Part shown: positions 60,012 through 61,009 of the stretch, piece by piece
Position numbering within the stretch: position 1 is the first letter of the stretch
Layout of the letters: each line of letters opens with the position of its first letter
Position numbers and translations under genes: made by a program
The notes under the pieces: generated by a model
Database searches by the model: none
What the model was told of the DNA's origin: nothing
What the model saw: only the letters and a program-made list of their open reading frames with translations
Assembly: GCA_902629465.1 (NCBI GenBank)
Contig: CACOQX010000003.1
Span: 1 to 61,009 of the forward strand
DNA from: an uncultured SAR86 cluster bacterium
GTDB lineage: Bacteria; Pseudomonadota; Gammaproteobacteria; Magnimaribacterales; AG-339-G14
Direction: 5' to 3'
DNA length: 61,009 nt

Positions 60012-60539
60012 TTATTTCTTCTGTTCTTTATTAATAAGATCAACAACTTCTGGAGTAAGGTTTACTTTTTCATCTGTTCTATCAAAAGCAAGTAAAGCTT
60101 GAGAATTTAAAAGCATCTTAATTTTTTTTGCCTTAATTAATTCATTTACAACTTTTTGTACTACCTCTGCTTGATCTGCCTGAAGTTTTTGAGTTACTTC
60201 CTGTTCCTTGGCTTGTATTTGTTGTGATAAGAGCTGGATACTCTGATAAAGAGTTTGAATTTTTTTTAAAATATCTTCTTTTTCTGTATCTGAGAGAGTG
60301 GACTCATCCTTCTTCAATTTTTCAGCGAGCTTTATTCTCTCACTATCTTTAGATTGGGCTTCGTCAGTAAGATCTTTATAGTCTGAAGAATCTCTTAAGT
60401 CATCTATGCGCTCTCTTGCTAAATCTGTGCCTAAAAAAATTGCATTGTAATCTATTACAGCAATTCCTTCTGATAGAAAAGCTGAACTACCGAATGTAGA
60501 TAGAGAAATAAAAATAAATAGTCTTTTAATGTTTTTCAT
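60012..60539 (-). CDS. skp: Periplasmic chaperone Skp (OmpH)
   Basis: ATG at 60539 (MKNIKRLFIFISLSTFGSSA signal peptide) and a Lys/Glu/Gln-rich coiled-coil body. It sits between bamA and lpxD. Confidence 0.85.
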   Translation of the reverse strand: MKNIKRLFIFISLSTFGSSAFLSEGIAVIDYNAIFLGTDLARERIDDLRDSSDYKDLTDEAQSKDSERIKLAEKLKKDESTLSDTEKEDILKKIQTLYQSIQLLSQQIQAKEQEVTQKLQADQAEVVQKVVNELIKAKKIKMLLNSQALLAFDRTDEKVNLTPEVVDLINKEQKK

Positions 60540-60618
60540 GTTTAACCCCAAAGAGGAATTTTTAAAATTTTAAAGGTATTGAAGTTTACACTTTTGATAA
60601 AAAAAATTCCTATTTTTT

Positions 60619-61009
60619 TTAAAATTGAGTACCAATTTCAAATTGAAATGTTTCTGTCCTATCAGTTGGAGAATCATTGAAAACAGAGGCTATTGCAAAT
60701 GATAACGGACCTAATGCAGTTATCCATGTTACTCCAATACCGATAGAATATCTTAATTCAGAAAGGTCAAACTCATAGCAGTTTGTTTCATAAGAACGAC
60801 ACCCGTCACTAAAAACATTTCCATAATCTAGAAAAACTGAACCTCTTACCGATCTAGGATCAGGTACAAAACTGAGGGGTATAATTAAATCAAATCCGCC
60901 AGTAATACTATAAGGCCCACCTACAGGTCTTTGACTTCTGGGGTTAAAACCAGATTGATAAACCGCCTTGGGACCCAAATAATTTTGCTTAAATCCTCTC
61001 ACAGATCTC
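60619..61009 (-). CDS. bamA: Outer-membrane protein assembly factor BamA, C-terminal fragment (5' end outside the window)
   Basis: Open to the window edge. The terminal beta-barrel strands end in ...FQFEIGTQF with a C-terminal Phe. It lies upstream of skp. Confidence 0.88.
   Translation of the reverse strand, partial: RSVRGFKQNYLGPKAVYQSGFNPRSQRPVGGPYSITGGFDLIIPLSFVPDPRSVRGSVFLDYGNVFSDGCRSYETNCYEFDLSELRYSIGIGVTWITALGPLSFAIASVFNDSPTDRTETFQFEIGTQF

Noticed and set aside
60554-60611. An AT-rich inverted repeat (AGGAATTTTT ... AAAAATTCCT) between bamA and skp, considered as a terminator.
   Set aside because: The arms are separated by 38 nt and are almost pure A/T, so the predicted stability is very low. 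bamA-skp-lpxD is normally co-transcribed.

Overview
This 61 kb window is a very compact, AT-rich piece of core bacterial chromosome. I count about 66 protein genes, with both edge genes truncated, and 4 tRNAs. I saw no rRNA, CRISPR array, transposase, integrase or phage genes.

Gene order follows the Pseudomonas/E. coli gammaproteobacterial backbone almost gene for gene:
- gatAB
- prfA-prmC-moeB, divergent from lolB-ispE-tRNAGln-prs-rplY-pth-ychF
- carAB-greA-rlmE-ftsH-folP-glmM-tpiA-secG-tRNALeu-tRNAfMet-rimP-nusA-infB-rbfA-truB-rpsO-pnp
- map-dapC-dapD
- lptGF, divergent from pepA-holC-valS
- bamA-skp-lpxD-fabZ-lpxA-lpxB-rnhB-dnaE-accA-tilS

From this I infer a genome-streamlined, low-GC (probably marine) gammaproteobacterium.

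Most spacers are under 20 nt, and many starts and stops overlap. The only non-coding stretches over 100 nt are 20702-20828 and 31561-31698. Both carry recognisable regulatory structure: twin promoters plus a hairpin around the initiator tRNA, and a dyad plus T9 tract in the carA leader.

I do not see a convincing new multi-gene system such as a defence island, secretion system or biosynthetic cluster. The items most worth a second look are:
- a leaderless, eukaryote-type GH84 O-GlcNAcase-like gene inside the prfA-prmC-moeB gene string
- an overlapping PPIase-like/HupE-UreJ-like membrane gene pair
- a cryptic HolD (psi)-like gene
- an ispE stop codon lying inside tRNA-Gln
- the apparent absence of hemA and glnD from their conserved positions

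All functional calls rest on motifs read by eye in the supplied translations and on remembered synteny. No database search was run.
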